From Octopus sinensis (taxonomy: Eukaryota): 64,000 nucleotides of DNA. The stretch lies in NCBI RefSeq assembly GCF_006345805.1, contig NC_042999.1, positions 10,354,001-10,418,000 of the forward strand, read 5' to 3'. Below, in pieces: positions 11,346 to 23,828 of the stretch (positions are counted from its first letter, which is position 1; each line of letters starts with the position of its first letter). A program made the position numbers and the translations under genes. The notes below the pieces were generated by a model. It saw only the letters and a program-made list of their open reading frames with translations. It was not told the origin of the DNA and ran no database searches.

Positions 11346-13628
11346 TGAAACGTATTGGGGAGGCAGTCTTTAAATTGTGTCTTCTAGTTGCAGAAAGCTT
11401 AGATATTGCTCAAGAATGCTTACTAACCAATTCTAAGAAATATAACAGGGAATTTCCCCTTATTTGATGCACGGCTCTACATTAGAAGATTAAGAGACAT
11501 TCATGCGTTTCTCGAATCCATTTGAAGGATAATTGTAGGGAATTAATTTTGAGATTCGAAAACCTGTTGCGAAACCGTTTCACCGAGTGTTTCGCTATTG
11601 ATTTCAAATGTTCACCATTTTTACCCAATGAAATATTGACTTTGATTGAGGACAAGTACAATAAAAATGTCTTCCTTATCTCTCCACTCATATCGATTCC
11701 CGACCAAATATTACCAATTTACTGTCTGTTGCTGAAACCAAATGCTTGAAATTGTCATCCATGTCTGTTTAAATGAGCGATTATTTCAAAATTGTATATT
11801 GATCGTTGTAAAGTCAGCCTGTTTCCTTAACGTCATTATACCAGACTTCCTCCGCCTCCTCCTCCGCCTCCTCCTCCGCTTCCTCTTCCTCCTACTTCTC
11901 CTCTTCTCCCTTCATATATCTTTACTCTCAGCTCTTAAATCGCTTCTTCTTCTTCTTCTTCTTCTTGTCGTTTATTAATGTTTCTTTTCTGACAACCACA
12001 CCATTCAATGCAGATATTATTTTGTCTTCTCATAAGAATTAGAAAGCAATTACTCAAACCATAAATATAGAACATTTCACGTATGACTGAAAAGGAAATA
12101 CATGCTTTAGACGTTTGAATAATTTATCTTTGATTAGGTTTTCCAATAAACCTCATAGGTTTATTATAATACCAATTGAGAAAAAAATTACAATTTTATA
12201 TTAACTTTAATTACTTTCATTAACGAATTCATTTTATTTTCGATTTCAGTACGCATTTTAACAGCACAAGTTCACATTCCAGGCTTGGCGCTTTGCCTAT
12301 TTTATCTCAGATTAAACCTCTGTGGGCGTGTGATTATCGTAAATATAAGCACATGAGAACTTCTGTAGAGAGTTAAGGTCTGTGATAAGTATACCTGCAC
12401 CGTTTCACTTACATTTGGTTTACATTTGAAACAAGTCATTAACCTCGTTTTTTTTTTTTTAAACAGGCTGAGTATCTCGGGTATCATGAACGATAGACTG
12501 ATGGGTTAAATACCTTAGAGAGTTTTGTCTTGTATCTATTTTTTTTCTGAGTTCAAAAGCGATCCGGAACGAGTTTTGCCTTTCATCCCGTCAAAGTTTA
12601 TATGCAATACGCTTCAGCTAAAAAAAAAAGTAGTCGGGCTTCTTTAATCAATTTATTCTAATATTAAAAATCATTATCTGACGCCATGTTAGTTTAATCA
12701 TTCCTCATACTTCTTCCAAGATTACTTCAGCTTAACAAATTCTTCTTTGGTTTACTATATTTTAAATATAATCGTGTCGATTCCAGCGAAAAATGAAATG
12801 AAACAAAATCTCAGGTATTTGAAAGCAATTTACGTAACCATTGGTGTTTCGAAAGTCAATTGCTAAACTACCCCCAGGAAGAAACACATATTTGTTTCTT
12901 GTATGGCATAAACAATGGATTGAGAGATGAGCCACGTCCAGATTTGAACTCAAAATAACAAAGGAGCAACACTAAACATTGTAATCTATTTAGCCCTATG
13001 CTCTTCAGTTTCTGTCCACCTTTCCTCTACATAATCGATGGAAACGACGGGATGGTCGTGGCTGGGATGTTTTTGATTATAAGCCTTAGTGGGGCAGAAC
13101 TGATCTGAGCTCAAACGACAGCTCAACTCTTTTAATAATATTTTCAGAGCTGGTGTGGCGGTGAGCTGGCAGAATCATAAACACGCCGGACAAAATGCTG
13201 AGCGGCATTTCATCCGTCTTTACATTCTGAGTTCAAATTCTGCCGAGGTCGACTTTGCCTTTCCTCCTTTCGGAACCGCTAAAATAAGTACCAGTTGGTT
13301 AGTGGGGTCGATGGCATCAACTTACTCCCGCCTCCGAAACTGCTGGCCTTGTGTCGACATTTGAAACCAAGAAACTTAGCGTTGGTCTAAAATAAACCGC
13401 TTTTATAAACGTATAATTGGCTGGTTTATCGACAAAGGGTTGGCTGAAAAGTGAAGTCAACTTCATCCTCAACAGGGATTAAACTCAGTGATGTGGAGGG
13501 ATGAAACACGGCTCTACATACTTCGTCAGTTCATACCAATTATCTCAACACGCTCCACCAGCATCTGTTTGATTAAAGGCGAAATTCTTTACAGATTTAA
13601 TGCTCTAGTCTACTATTTCTCAACCGAG

Positions 13629-13690
13629 GTCCATAAGGACCCTGGAAGTCCATAAGGACCCTGGAAGTCCATAAGGACCCTGGAAGTCCA
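13629..13690. repeat. 19-bp tandem repeat x3 (ccataaggaccctggaagt) in a hAT-MITE-like end
   Basis: Units at 13631, 13650 and 13669, followed by diverged ggggtccatg-type motifs to ~13800. The hAT assignment is by resemblance only. Confidence 0.7.
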
Positions 13691-13883
13691 TGTAAGAGTT
13701 TTGGGGTCCATGAAAGAGATCTGGGGATCCGTGAAAGACTTTTTAGAGTCCTTGAACGAGTTTTGGGAGTCCGTGTAAGAGTTTTGGGGGTCCACGCGAG
13801 CAAGAAAACAAATTGAGGATCCACTGTAGTATTTTAAGGGTCCCTGAAAAAATTTCCACTTTAGATGTATTTATTCAGATGGA

Positions 13884-14560
13884 CGAGGTGTGGTCAAAAA
13901 TATCCGACCTTGATTTTTTTTTTTTTGCACAAAATAATGCGTGAGTAAAATCCGTATGGGTATTAGGTGGCCGCGTTCTTCCTGAGCATGCGCAAACATT
14001 GTCTTGTCTGTAGGTTGCCCCATTCGCCCGCAGTGATGCGTTGAGTACAGACATGAAGAGTGTGCTGTGCAACTCTTCTTTTTGAGTCCAGATGATCGAG
14101 CGCACTGAGCAGAGACACAGCATCAAATTCTGCCCAAGAACTGGGTGATACGCGAGCCGAGGCTGTCGAGAAGATTCAGAAGGCCTTTGGGGGATGATGC
14201 TATGGGGAAAACACAAATAAAGGGGCGGTACAACCGGTTCGATGATGGCTGCACCTCAGTGGACAGCGAGCCACGTTGTGGCAGACCTTCGACGAGCAGA
14301 AAGGACGAAATGATTGCAAAAGTTCGAGGAATAAGTCTATGATGACCGTCGTTGCCGAAGTTGGAATCAGCCATGGGTCAGTTCAGTTAGTTCGTTCCGC
14401 CCACGTCGTCCAAACATTTCTCGTCAAGCAAACCACAAACCACTTGTTCGTCAGGTTTCCTACTTCCCAGGCTCGGCTTTGTGTGACTTTTGGATTTTCC
14501 TAAAGCTCAAAAAAAAAAAACCACTCAAAGGAAGAAAATTTGAGTCAACAGAAGGTGGCT
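13884..14560 (+). mobile_element. mariner/Tc1 transposon remnant, internally deleted
   Basis: TIR-like cgaggtgtggtcaaaaatatccg; transposase N-terminus GDDAMGKTQIKGRYNRFDDGCTSVDSEPRCGRPST; C-terminal (C)DFWIFLKLK..PLKGRKFES. Confidence 0.8.
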
Positions 14561-14587
14561 CAATCAAAATGGTGAATTTTTTAATAT

Positions 14588-14980
14588 TACCAGCAGTATC
14601 GCCCGGCATTGCTCGGGTTTGTTTTGACCCTTTAGAATTGGAATTTTTGAAAAGTAAAAATTTTGCATTATGTAGCTTGTTATTCTCTTTAAGTGAACAT
14701 TTTTCTGGTTGGAATACACCGAAAAATGGCGACACAGCAGTCAAAAAATCGTTAAAAAATAGGGATTTTCATAGAAAAAAAGCACCTTTTTGATGTAAAT
14801 AATTTTTGGTGTTAACATGGTCCGATTTGACTTTTTTCTTCTACGGAAGGAAGAGCAAGCCTTCTTCTATCATACTCCCAATTTTGGTCAACTCGCACCA
14901 CAAGGTCTCGGAGGAAATAGTGTTAGTTGAAGGCTACCAAACCTGCCATACACAGACAACTTCAGCATTATATATAGAGA
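14588..14980 (+). mobile_element. non-autonomous Helitron-like element
   Basis: 5' cagcagtatcgcccggcattgctcggg hairpin motif and 3' cagacaacttcagcattatatatag end, resembling non-autonomous Helitron ends. Confidence 0.45.
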
Positions 14981-15854
14981 GATTGGGGGGGGGCAAAGGT
15001 CGGATACTGTTTGACTACAGCTTGTAAATATATTTACAAGAAATCGCTTCCTTTCGCTAATATTTCACGCAGTTCGACATGTTTGCGGCGGCCACTGAAT
15101 CATGTTCTGGCGGAGAGTGATACTGAAAACCTACACAAGGAAATGAGTGGAAACCAAAATAGGAAATTTTGAAATAAGTATCAATAAAACTAGCTTTTAA
15201 GCATCGAATGGCTATGAAGGTGTGGGTTCCACCAGAATGATGCAGTAATCAAAACAAATGGTTGAGAACCACAGCCTTAGATCAACCATGCGGTGTTAGG
15301 GTTAATGGTTTGCGTAATAAGTTTGGAGGACGAAGGCGAAAGTTTTTGAGGCGACTTAAATATGATCAGATTTAAATCTGAACTATTTTCATTTGATGTG
15401 CAACAGTTTAAATAAGAATTACAGCCAGGCATTCACTTGAATAAACAATCGAGTTGAAAAACCAGCAGTGATGGCCACGATGCAAATCATTTGATAACTT
15501 TGAACTTGTATTTTCGAAATCGTGTTTGATTGACAAGGGATTTGATCGGAGATCGTGTGTGGAATCTGAAATAATTACATCAGGTTAAAGCTAGGAAAGC
15601 TATTTTAATTACATACAAACACACTGTTATATTCATTTTTGTTATAGTTTGAAATGTCAAAAGAGCGGATCAGTGTCCAGGACGGAGATGGTCCGGCGAA
15701 TGACTTTTGATACTGAATTATTATAGAAACTGGAAGGCAACTCGCCGTGACGAGGGAACTTCGGCAGGATATACACTTGCCATGATGGATAATATATCAG
15801 GAAATATGGCAGACATGCAATCATTGTGGACAACTTTACACACAAACAAAAACA

Positions 15855-15930
15855 TATACATATGTATGTATGTATGTATGTATGTGTGTGTGTGTGTGTG
15901 TGTGAGTATGTATGTGTGTGTATGTATGTT

Positions 15931-16003
<73 letters not shown>
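15855..16003. repeat. (TATG)n/(TG)n microsatellite
   Basis: Directly visible. Confidence 0.95.
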
Positions 16004-16006
<3 letters not shown>

Positions 16007-16358
16007 AGTGTGTATATGTATGTGAAATAAATAGAGCGACAGAGTTAGTATTAATATCCAAAGGTAAGTTATTCTCCACTTAAAAGTGGATGTTGCAATA
16101 TTCCCCAAGAAAGAAAAACATTCCTGTAGTTATTTCGTGCCCAAAAGCCTGTCACAGACGATCGCCAGCGGCAGACGATCGCCGCTGCTTCCACCACGAC
16201 GACTTCCAGATCACGTCACTTCGGTCTAATCTTGTTCCGTACTTCTATGTCTATCGCTAGCGCGCCAGTTGCTGCTATTTCCAGCCGCTTGGTGTCTATC
16301 ATTGAAAAGGCCAAATTAAACCAAAACCATGTGATCTGCTGTATTTATTACGTTTAAT

Positions 16359-17027
16359 GGATCTTTTCCTTTTGAACAGCAGTTTGTAACATAATTTCTA
16401 GGTAACTAAAAAATTTTAAACTTCGTATACTGGTAGAATATGTTTATAAAACATCATTTTCTCTTGGCTTTATTGAGAAAATTCTATAGGTTGTAACATA
16501 TTTCGTCTAAGATTTCGAGCATTTCGGCAATTTTAACCAATCACTGGCGTCCATTTAGGTAAATAACATTCTGTGCATAATGAATATGTCCCTCCTTTAA
16601 GAAACAGATTGGGTTTATTTACATTTGTGAAGAAAAAAAGATACCCTTCCCCCACCCCTAACCCTAACCCTAACTCTAACCCTAAATCTAGAATAGATTG
16701 AAATGCAATAGGGTTATAATTATGGGTGACAATTTCATATGACACCGCTAAGTTTTTTATAGCGGTGTCGTATGAAATTGTCACTCATAATTATAACCCT
16801 AGTATCGATCTATTGCATTTCAATCTATTTTAGATTTAGGGTTAGAGTTAGGGTTAGGGGTTGGGGAAGGGTATTAAAGACGAAATATGTTACAACCTAT
16901 AGAATTTTCTCAATAAAGCCAAGAGAAAATGATGTTTTATAAACACATTCTACCAGTATACGAAGTTTAAAATTTTTTAGTTACCTAGAAATTATGTTAC
17001 AAAGTGCCGTTCAAAAGGAAAAGATCC
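16359..17027. mobile_element. nested foldback: 150-bp outer inverted arms plus 234-bp inner palindrome with CCCTAA/TTAGGG repeats
   Basis: 16359-16508 is the reverse complement of 16878-17027. 16641-16874 is a near-perfect palindrome centred at ~16755. Confidence 0.85.
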
Positions 17028-17799
17028 CGTTTAATAAAATCAAATACAAGAAAAACACAATGTACATGTATTCATTCTTAAGATGTTCTTCAAACTCCTC
17101 CCATTACTCTGACATTTACTCCTCCTCATCTATGTTTGTGAGTTTTCTTTTTTTCATTATATGTGTAATGATCTTTTACTCATTGCATAACACCAAGCCT
17201 AGTATATGCACTCGTCCAGTACCATTTATGTTAACTCTCTCTGTGTCGCTCTCTCTCTCTCTCTCCACCGTAAAGAATGGAGAAATCAACCAACCAACCT
17301 TTGTATCGGTTATTATTATATTGGTTTCAAATTTTGACACAAGACCAGCAAGTTTGGGGGAGAGGAAGTCGATTATATCAACCCCAGTATGCAACTGGTA
17401 CATAATTTCATCAACCCTAAAAGGATGAAAGGCCAAGTCAATCTTAACAGAATTTGAACTCAAAACCTAAAAACAACCGAAATGGCACAAAGCATTTTCC
17501 CGATGTGCCAACGTCTCTGCTGGCCTGGCATCTCATCAGTTTGCTTTGAGACGAAGAAGGTGCTGAGCTCATAGCATCATTAACCAGACGAGACAAACTG
17601 CTTTGCATGCTTTGAGTTCAAATGTTGCCAACATCAATTTAGCTTTTTATCCTCTTGGGGGAAAATAAAATAGGGACCAGTCAAATACCAGAGTCAATGT
17701 AATAGACCAGCCCCCTCCCTCAAAGTTTCAGGCCTTGTGGTGTGTAGTAGAAATAATTATTAGAGAATGGAAATTGTAGTTGTGATACCTGTACCAGTG

Positions 17800-18112
17800 G
17801 CATGTAAAAAGCACCACCTGAACGTGGCCGATGCCAGCACCACCTTGACTGGCTTCTGTGCCGGTGGCACGTAAAAAGCACCGACCAATCGTGGCTGCTG
17901 CCAGCCTCCCCTGGCACTTGTGCCGGCTGCATGTAAAATGCACCTACTTCACTCACAGAGTGGTTGGCGTTAGGAAGGGCATCCAGCTGTAGAAACACTG
18001 CCAGATCAGACTGGAGCCTGGCACAACCTCCTGACTTCCCAGACCCCGGTTGAACCATCCAACCCGTGCTAGCATGGAAAACGGACATTAAACGATCATG
18101 ATGATGATGATG
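17800..18112 (+). mobile_element. RTE LINE 3'-end fragment (representative of >25 copies in both orientations)
   Basis: ggcacgtaaaaagcac...ggagtggttggcgttaggaagggcatccagctgtagaaac...ggacgttaaacgatgatg, matching 9780-10041. Other copies at about 18120, 20170, 24043, 27560, 28590, 29540, 30180, 35480, 36535, 37975, 38600, 39780, 40280, 41365, 43680, 44200, 45170, 46190, 57750, 59140, 59310, 62740 and 63470. Confidence 0.85.
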
Positions 18113-18736
18113 ATATTACTACGTAAAAAGCACGAGTGTTGAGAACTGGTGCTGGTGTCATGGAGAAAGCACTCAGTCCCCATTTCTGTAAAGTGGTTGT
18201 TGTTAGGGAGAAGGACATCCAGCTATAGAAACCACGCCAAAGCAGACAAGGGTTCAGTTCCCAGCTTTACCAGCTCATTACACCATCCAACCCATGCTTG
18301 CATGGAAAATGGATGTTAAATGATGGTGATGATGATGGATCTCTTCAATTTGAAACATCAGATCCAGTTTCACTTAATTTCTAAACACTGACATAGGTGA
18401 TGGCAACATTATGGAATTTGGCTGTTCTCTTTGATGTTCTCACTTCAAATTTTCTTAGGGCTGATAGCAGCTAAATACTGGGGCCAATCTAGGACTCCTC
18501 CAACAAAATATGCTTTAAAAGAATTTGGGGAGTTACAAAAAAAAAAAAAAAAATCAGGAAACAGGGTTAATTCTTTTGATTTGGTATCTGCTGCAAAATA
18601 TAGCAAATCTATGCTTGCTTTTTTTTTAAAGGGGGGAGAGCAGTTGTATGTTTTTAGCAAAGACTGTAAATGCCTCAGTCCATCTAACTGTAAAAAGAAA
18701 CCAGTTGTAGGGAGGGGAAGTTCAGTTTGTAGTTCA

Positions 18737-19404
18737 ATCTTGGTGGATTCCTCCTTTTCACCTTCGGCCCAGTGCGTCCATGCTGCCAACAAAGCACGCG
18801 GAGTTCTGTTCTTGATTCGAAGGTCATTCGGAATGCTCACAGCAGCCATATTCCTACCGCTCTATGTCACGCTGGTGAGACCCATATTGGAGTACGAGAT
18901 TCAAGCCTCTTCTCCTTATCTCCTCAAAGACATACAGCATCTAGAAAGAGTCCAGAAGCTGGCTACCCGCATGGTTCTTAGATTCAAGAATTTGTCTTAT
19001 GAAGAAAGGCTGAAGACGCTCGACCTTTATTCTCTAGAAAAACGACGACGCTGTGGTGATCTCATTCTTGCTCACAACATCATAAGCGGAAAGTGTAAAC
19101 TCTCGAAAGAGCTGTTCTTCACTTCTGCTCCAGAGCGTTGGCTGCGGGGTCATTCCGAAAAGCTCTATCTGCGACGATTTCATCTCAATCGAAGGAGAGG
19201 AGCTTTCTCCGTCCGGGTTGCGGATCCGTGGAATAAGCTGCCGGACGAGATGGTGAAGATGCCGACAACCACTCGGTTCAAAGTCTCCCTTGACCACAAG
19301 TGGCCTGAACTCATTACATGAACACCACCCTGTACATAACTCCATGTCCCCCTACATGGCCTTGCTTTTTGCTTTTTGAGCCAAAAAATAAACTAACTAA
19401 CTAA
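18737..19404 (+). mobile_element. CR1-clade LINE 3' fragment with (TAAC)n tail
   Basis: AANKARGVLFLIRRSF..LYVTLVRPILEY..LERVQKLATRMV..LSYEERLK..LEKRRRCGDLI..RGHSEKL..FSVRVADPWNKLP, then a short UTR and aactaactaactaa. Confidence 0.92.
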
Positions 19405-19414
19405 GTTTGGCTCT

Positions 19415-19650
19415 CCAGAAATACTCCTTTGAGTAAAATATTTAATGTGAGTGAATCTTGGACGATAAGCAAAGTCATGGAGAAGAGACTCAAAGCTACA
19501 GGAATGTGGTTTTATAGAAAAATGCTTAGAATCTCTTGGGTAGAGAGGATGAGGAATGTGAAAGTGATGAAGAAGATGAAAGTGAAGAGAGAGTTGATGG
19601 ATACTGTCAGAGAGAGACAGCGGAGATTTGTTGGTCATTTTCTCTGAGAG
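19415..19650 (+). mobile_element. decayed RTE LINE C-terminal fragment
   Basis: ESWTISKVMEKRLKATGMWFYRKMLRISWVER...RERQRRFVGH. Confidence 0.7.
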
Positions 19651-21573
19651 GATGATGGAATGGAGACTGAGCAGGTGGGAAAGGAGAGCAAGAGAGGAAG
19701 GCAGAGAATGAAGATGTTTGAGTGGAGGAAGAAGAGAATGAAGAATGTGCAGAGCGAGAAAGGCCTGGGTGATGTTGTGAGGAGAGAGAGAAATAAATGG
19801 AGGAAGAACAAGCCAGGATTCGTGAAAGGCAAGAATATGTCTTGAGACACAAAAGAGAGAAGTGATGATAAAAAGACAGGAAGAATATTTGATTGGAGAT
19901 TCTGTTATTGTTGTTGATCTTTATTCTGAAGATGCTTAAAACAATGAAGAGAGCAGCTTCTTTATTGATCAATTATGACCAAAGAAAGAAGCCAATGCAA
20001 CGAATAACAGAGGGGATAACGAGTTAAAGCATGAATATCTTGAAACCCCTTCGTTATCAAATTTTCTGTTGCCAATTCATTTGGAAACTAATCTTTTATC
20101 TTTTATTTGTTTCAAACTAAACCCTTGAAGGCAAGACTACGGCACTGCCCTTAAGGGTTTAGTCTTCAAATCGACCCTGCCACATAAAAAGCACCCAGTG
20201 GAGCACTCTGTAAAGTGGTTGGTTTTAGGAAAGGCATCCAGCCGTAGAAACCCTGCCAAAACAGACAATGGACCCTAGTGCAGCCCTCCAGCTTTGCCAT
20301 CTCCTGCTAAACCATCCAACCCATACCAACATGGAAAATGGGTATTAATTGGTGATGATGATGATGATGCACTTATTCTATTGGTCTCTTTTGCCAAACT
20401 GTTTCATTTTGAGGATGTAAACAAACCGACACCAGTTATCAAGCAGTGGTTGTGGGAGACAAACATAAAGACATGCAGATATATATATGCATACATACGA
20501 CAGGTTTCCAACAGTTTCCATCGATCAAATTCACTTACAGGACATAAGTTCATCCCAGGGCCATAGCAGGTGAAGTATGCTGGGACTGAACCCAAAACCA
20601 CATGGTTACAAAACGTGTTTCTTCACCACACAGCTAGGCTGGTGTGAACAAAGAATATAGTAGAAGTACTTTGTCATTATTAAGCTGGTATTTCAGGCAG
20701 CAAGCTGGCAGAATGGTTAGCACACCAGGTGAAATGCTTAGTGGTATTTCGTCAGTCGTTACGTTGTGAGTTCAAATTCCGCCGAGGTCGACTTTGCCTT
20801 TCATCCTTTCGGGGTCGATAAATTAAGTACCAGTTATGCACTGGGGTCGATGTAAATCGACTTAATACCTATGTCTGTCCTTGTTTGTCCGCTCTGTGTT
20901 TAGCCCCTTGTGGGTAATAAAGAAATAGGTATTTAAGGCAGCAAGCTGGCAGAATCGTTAGCAAAATGATTAGCGGCATTTCGTCCATCATTATGTTCTG
21001 AGTTCAAATTCTACCAAGGTCACCTCTACCTTCCATCATTTTGGGGTCAATAAAATAAGTATCGCTAGAGTCGACATAACCTACCTCCCCACTCCACCAG
21101 ATTTCGGGTCTTCCGCTTATAGTACAAAGGGTTATTAAGCTGGTGTTTGAAACCTAATTCAACTCTCTGCTGACAGGTTTGAACCCCCACTGTCTCTATG
21201 TCCACTAATATATCTACCTGTCTGCCCACCTAGTGTTATCTTTGTACACCCACCAACCTCGTCCAGCTCTCTGCCTATTTATCATATCCACTTTTCTGTC
21301 TGTCAACAAAGCTGTCAACTCCGTCAATACAGATAAGCATTTAAATCAAATACATTTTTCTTTAAAAAGAAAAATGTATTCGATTTAAATGCTTATCTGT
21401 ATTGATAAACTACAGGAGTGGTGTGCAACTGGTAAGAAGCTTCCTTCATAATCACATGGTTCTGGGTTCAGTCCCACTCTGTGGCACCTTGAACAAGTGT
21501 CTTCTACAATAGCCTCGGGCCAACAAAAGTCTTGTAAGTGGATTTGGTAGACAGAAATTGAAAGAAGTCTGTG

Positions 21574-21612
<39 letters not shown>

Positions 21613-21805
21613 CGCCATGATAGATCGTTAGCTCCTACGCGCATTTTTTTCTCTCCTTTTTTTTCTGTGTATCTTTCTGTCAAAGAGCGTAGGCTCAAAA
21701 CGTAAAAGACTTGTTCTATTTATATTCCTGAGCGCCATACTAATACATTTGTTTGTTTGTACTCCACCTGCCTTCGTCTTTTGTTTATTTTCGTAAACCT
21801 TCCCG

Positions 21806-21845
<40 letters not shown>

Positions 21846-22559
21846 ATATGTATGTATGTATGTATGCATGTATGTATGTATATATGTATGTATGTATGTA
21901 TGTATTTGGGTGTCTGTATTTGTCCTCCTACCATCGCTTGACAACCAATGTTGGTGTATTTATAATGGTTCGGCAAAAGAATAAGTCCTGGGATCGATTT
22001 GTTCAACTAAAAGGCAGTGCTCCAGCATGGCCACAGTCAATTGACTGAAACAAGTAAAAGAATAAAAGAATAATGATGGTACCCCAGCATGGCCACAGCC
22101 TTTGGGCTGGAACATAGAAGAGAGTCGCATCTGCATCTGATGGAGCTGAAGGGCAGCAGTGGCCCCGTGACGTGCGTGTTGAGTAGATTTACGCCTGGCA
22201 GAGTCCATTGCTCTCACCAGGTTTGACAAGAGTTGATTTCTTATACAGAGACAGAGAAGAACAGACTCCAGTGAAAAACTAATTCTCTATCGACCCAGGA
22301 AGGATAAAAGATAAAGTTTGACCATAACAGGATTTGAACTCAAAGTGCAGAAATTCAAAACAATTCCTCTGACAATCAAACAACTCTGTCAATTGGCCAC
22401 CTAATCTGTATATACCTTGGACAAATAACAGCAACAATAATCATAGAAACTCCCTTTGTATGAGGATTATGGTGGGTTTTGAAATAAATTCCCTTAAATT
22501 TGTCCTTCAGCCATAGAATCCACACCAATACAGACAGGTGGAGCGCAATGTCAGATCCT

Positions 22560-22930
22560 GTCAAACTCTACAACCCATGGCAGAATAGAAAACTCGCCTC
22601 CTTATGAGAGCTCAAAATCTCTCGTGGAAGCGTCATCCATCAAAGTACAAATATATGGGAAACTACCACCTGTGTCATCTCTTGTGAAAGGTAGAAGAGT
22701 CCTGTTTGCTGGACATTGTTGTAGAGCTGAAAACGAGGTAATTTCTACTCTTCTCTTCTGGAAGCCATCTGCTCGCGATACCAGAGGACGCACACTCTCC
22801 TACCCTGATGTAATCTCTAGGGATACAGGCATCCAGCAACAGGACCTCCGTAATGCTATGATGGACCGTGAGGTCTGGTGTAACATAGTAAATTCCATTG
22901 TCTCAACCATGGTCGAACAATGATGATATA
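22560..22930 (+). mobile_element. RTE-like LINE 3' end (second subfamily)
   Basis: YGKLPPVSSLVKGRRVLFAGHCCRAENEVISTLLFWKP..RGRTLSYPDVISRDTG..DLRNAMMDREVW, then a tgatgat tail. Confidence 0.75.
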
Positions 22931-22974
22931 AATAATAAGAAAACAAAGGCATGTCCCATCATGAACAACAACAA

Positions 22975-23340
22975 GTGGAGGCACAATGGCCCAGTGGTTA
23001 GGGCAGTGGACTCGCGGTCGGATGATCACGGTTTCGATTCCCAGACCAGGCATTGTGTGTGTTTATTGACCGAAAACACCTAAAGCTCCACAAGGTTCCG
23101 GCAGAGGGTGGTGGCGACCCCTGTTGTACTCTTTTGCTCCAACTTTCTCTCACTCTTTCTTCCCGTTTCTTGTCCCCGACTTCCTACGCAACTGCTGAGC
23201 CTGGATGCGCATTCATCCATCCGTCAATGCTCTCGGTGTCGGGGGTTGACCTTTTTTCTCTTCTGTGGGTCTTACGAATAGCAAACGATCACGTTTCGGA
23301 CTTCTCCCACTACAGACGGGACGAAGACCGCTTCGCTCAA
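22975..23340 (+). mobile_element. tRNA-derived SINE
   Basis: Head ggcacaatggcccagtggttagggcagtggactcgcggtcggatgatcacggtttcgattccc; no acceptor stem; ends in (CAAA)n. Confidence 0.65.
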
Positions 23341-23492
23341 CAAACAAACAAACAAACAAACAAACAACAACACACATAATAAAAGAATAAACAAACAAGA
23401 AAAATGATGTAACTTTTACTTCATGATTTGATGTTTCATTTGAAATGAATTTTTAAAAATTAATGTAAAAAATATTTTTTTAGAAAGTGGAA

Positions 23493-23828
23493 TTATTTTT
23501 TTGAATGTCTCACATCAGATTTGCTACTTTTGCGATCCTTTTCTCGAGAACGGTCTTTAGAAACTCTGTCAGAATCTCTGGCCCGTTTCAGATCAGGTGA
23601 GCGCCTCTTCGAATCAGGCGAACAGCTTCTACGATCACTGCGATTGGCACGATTCTGTGAACGAGAAATTGGAGAACGGCTACGACTAATTTCTCTAGAA
23701 TTTTCCTCACTGCTGGCGTGAGATTTTCCTTTGATGGGTTCAGGAGACGCTGATGACAATTTCCTTCGTTTCTCAAGATGGATAACAGATGCACTGGATT
23801 TATCCTCATGTTTTGATTTGGAAGCTTT
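23493..23828 (-). CDS. PPIL4: PPIL4 exon 13 (RS-rich tail, stop)
   Basis: ctttatag|AAAGCTTCC, phase 0; [13 protein letters not shown]...RHSKK*. Confidence 0.88.
   Translation of the reverse strand, partial: KASKSKHEDKSSASVIHLEKRRKLSSASPEPIKGKSHASSEENSREISRSRSPISRSQNRANRSDRRSCSPDSKRRSPDLKRARDSDRVSKDRSREKDRKSSKSDVRHSKK

Noticed and set aside
10560-13000. Possible exons of an unknown plus-strand gene (acceptor-like sites near 11388, 12310 and 12468; ORF 11522-11749)
   Set aside because: No recognisable protein similarity and no consistent donor/acceptor chain; needs RNA-seq or BLAST.
16641-16874. Telomere or telomere-fusion scar
   Set aside because: Only 3-4 imperfect units per side, and the polarity is opposite to an end-to-end fusion. 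Kept only as a foldback element.
18431-18736. N-terminal part of the 296-aa ORF
   Set aside because: Chance open flank upstream of a 5'-truncated CR1; CR1 similarity begins at ~18737.
22975-23050. Possible tRNA gene (likewise 3455-3525, 32070-32140, 41145-41215, 57120-57192)
   Set aside because: A and B boxes are present but there is no complete cloverleaf or acceptor stem, and each continues into a shared SINE body.
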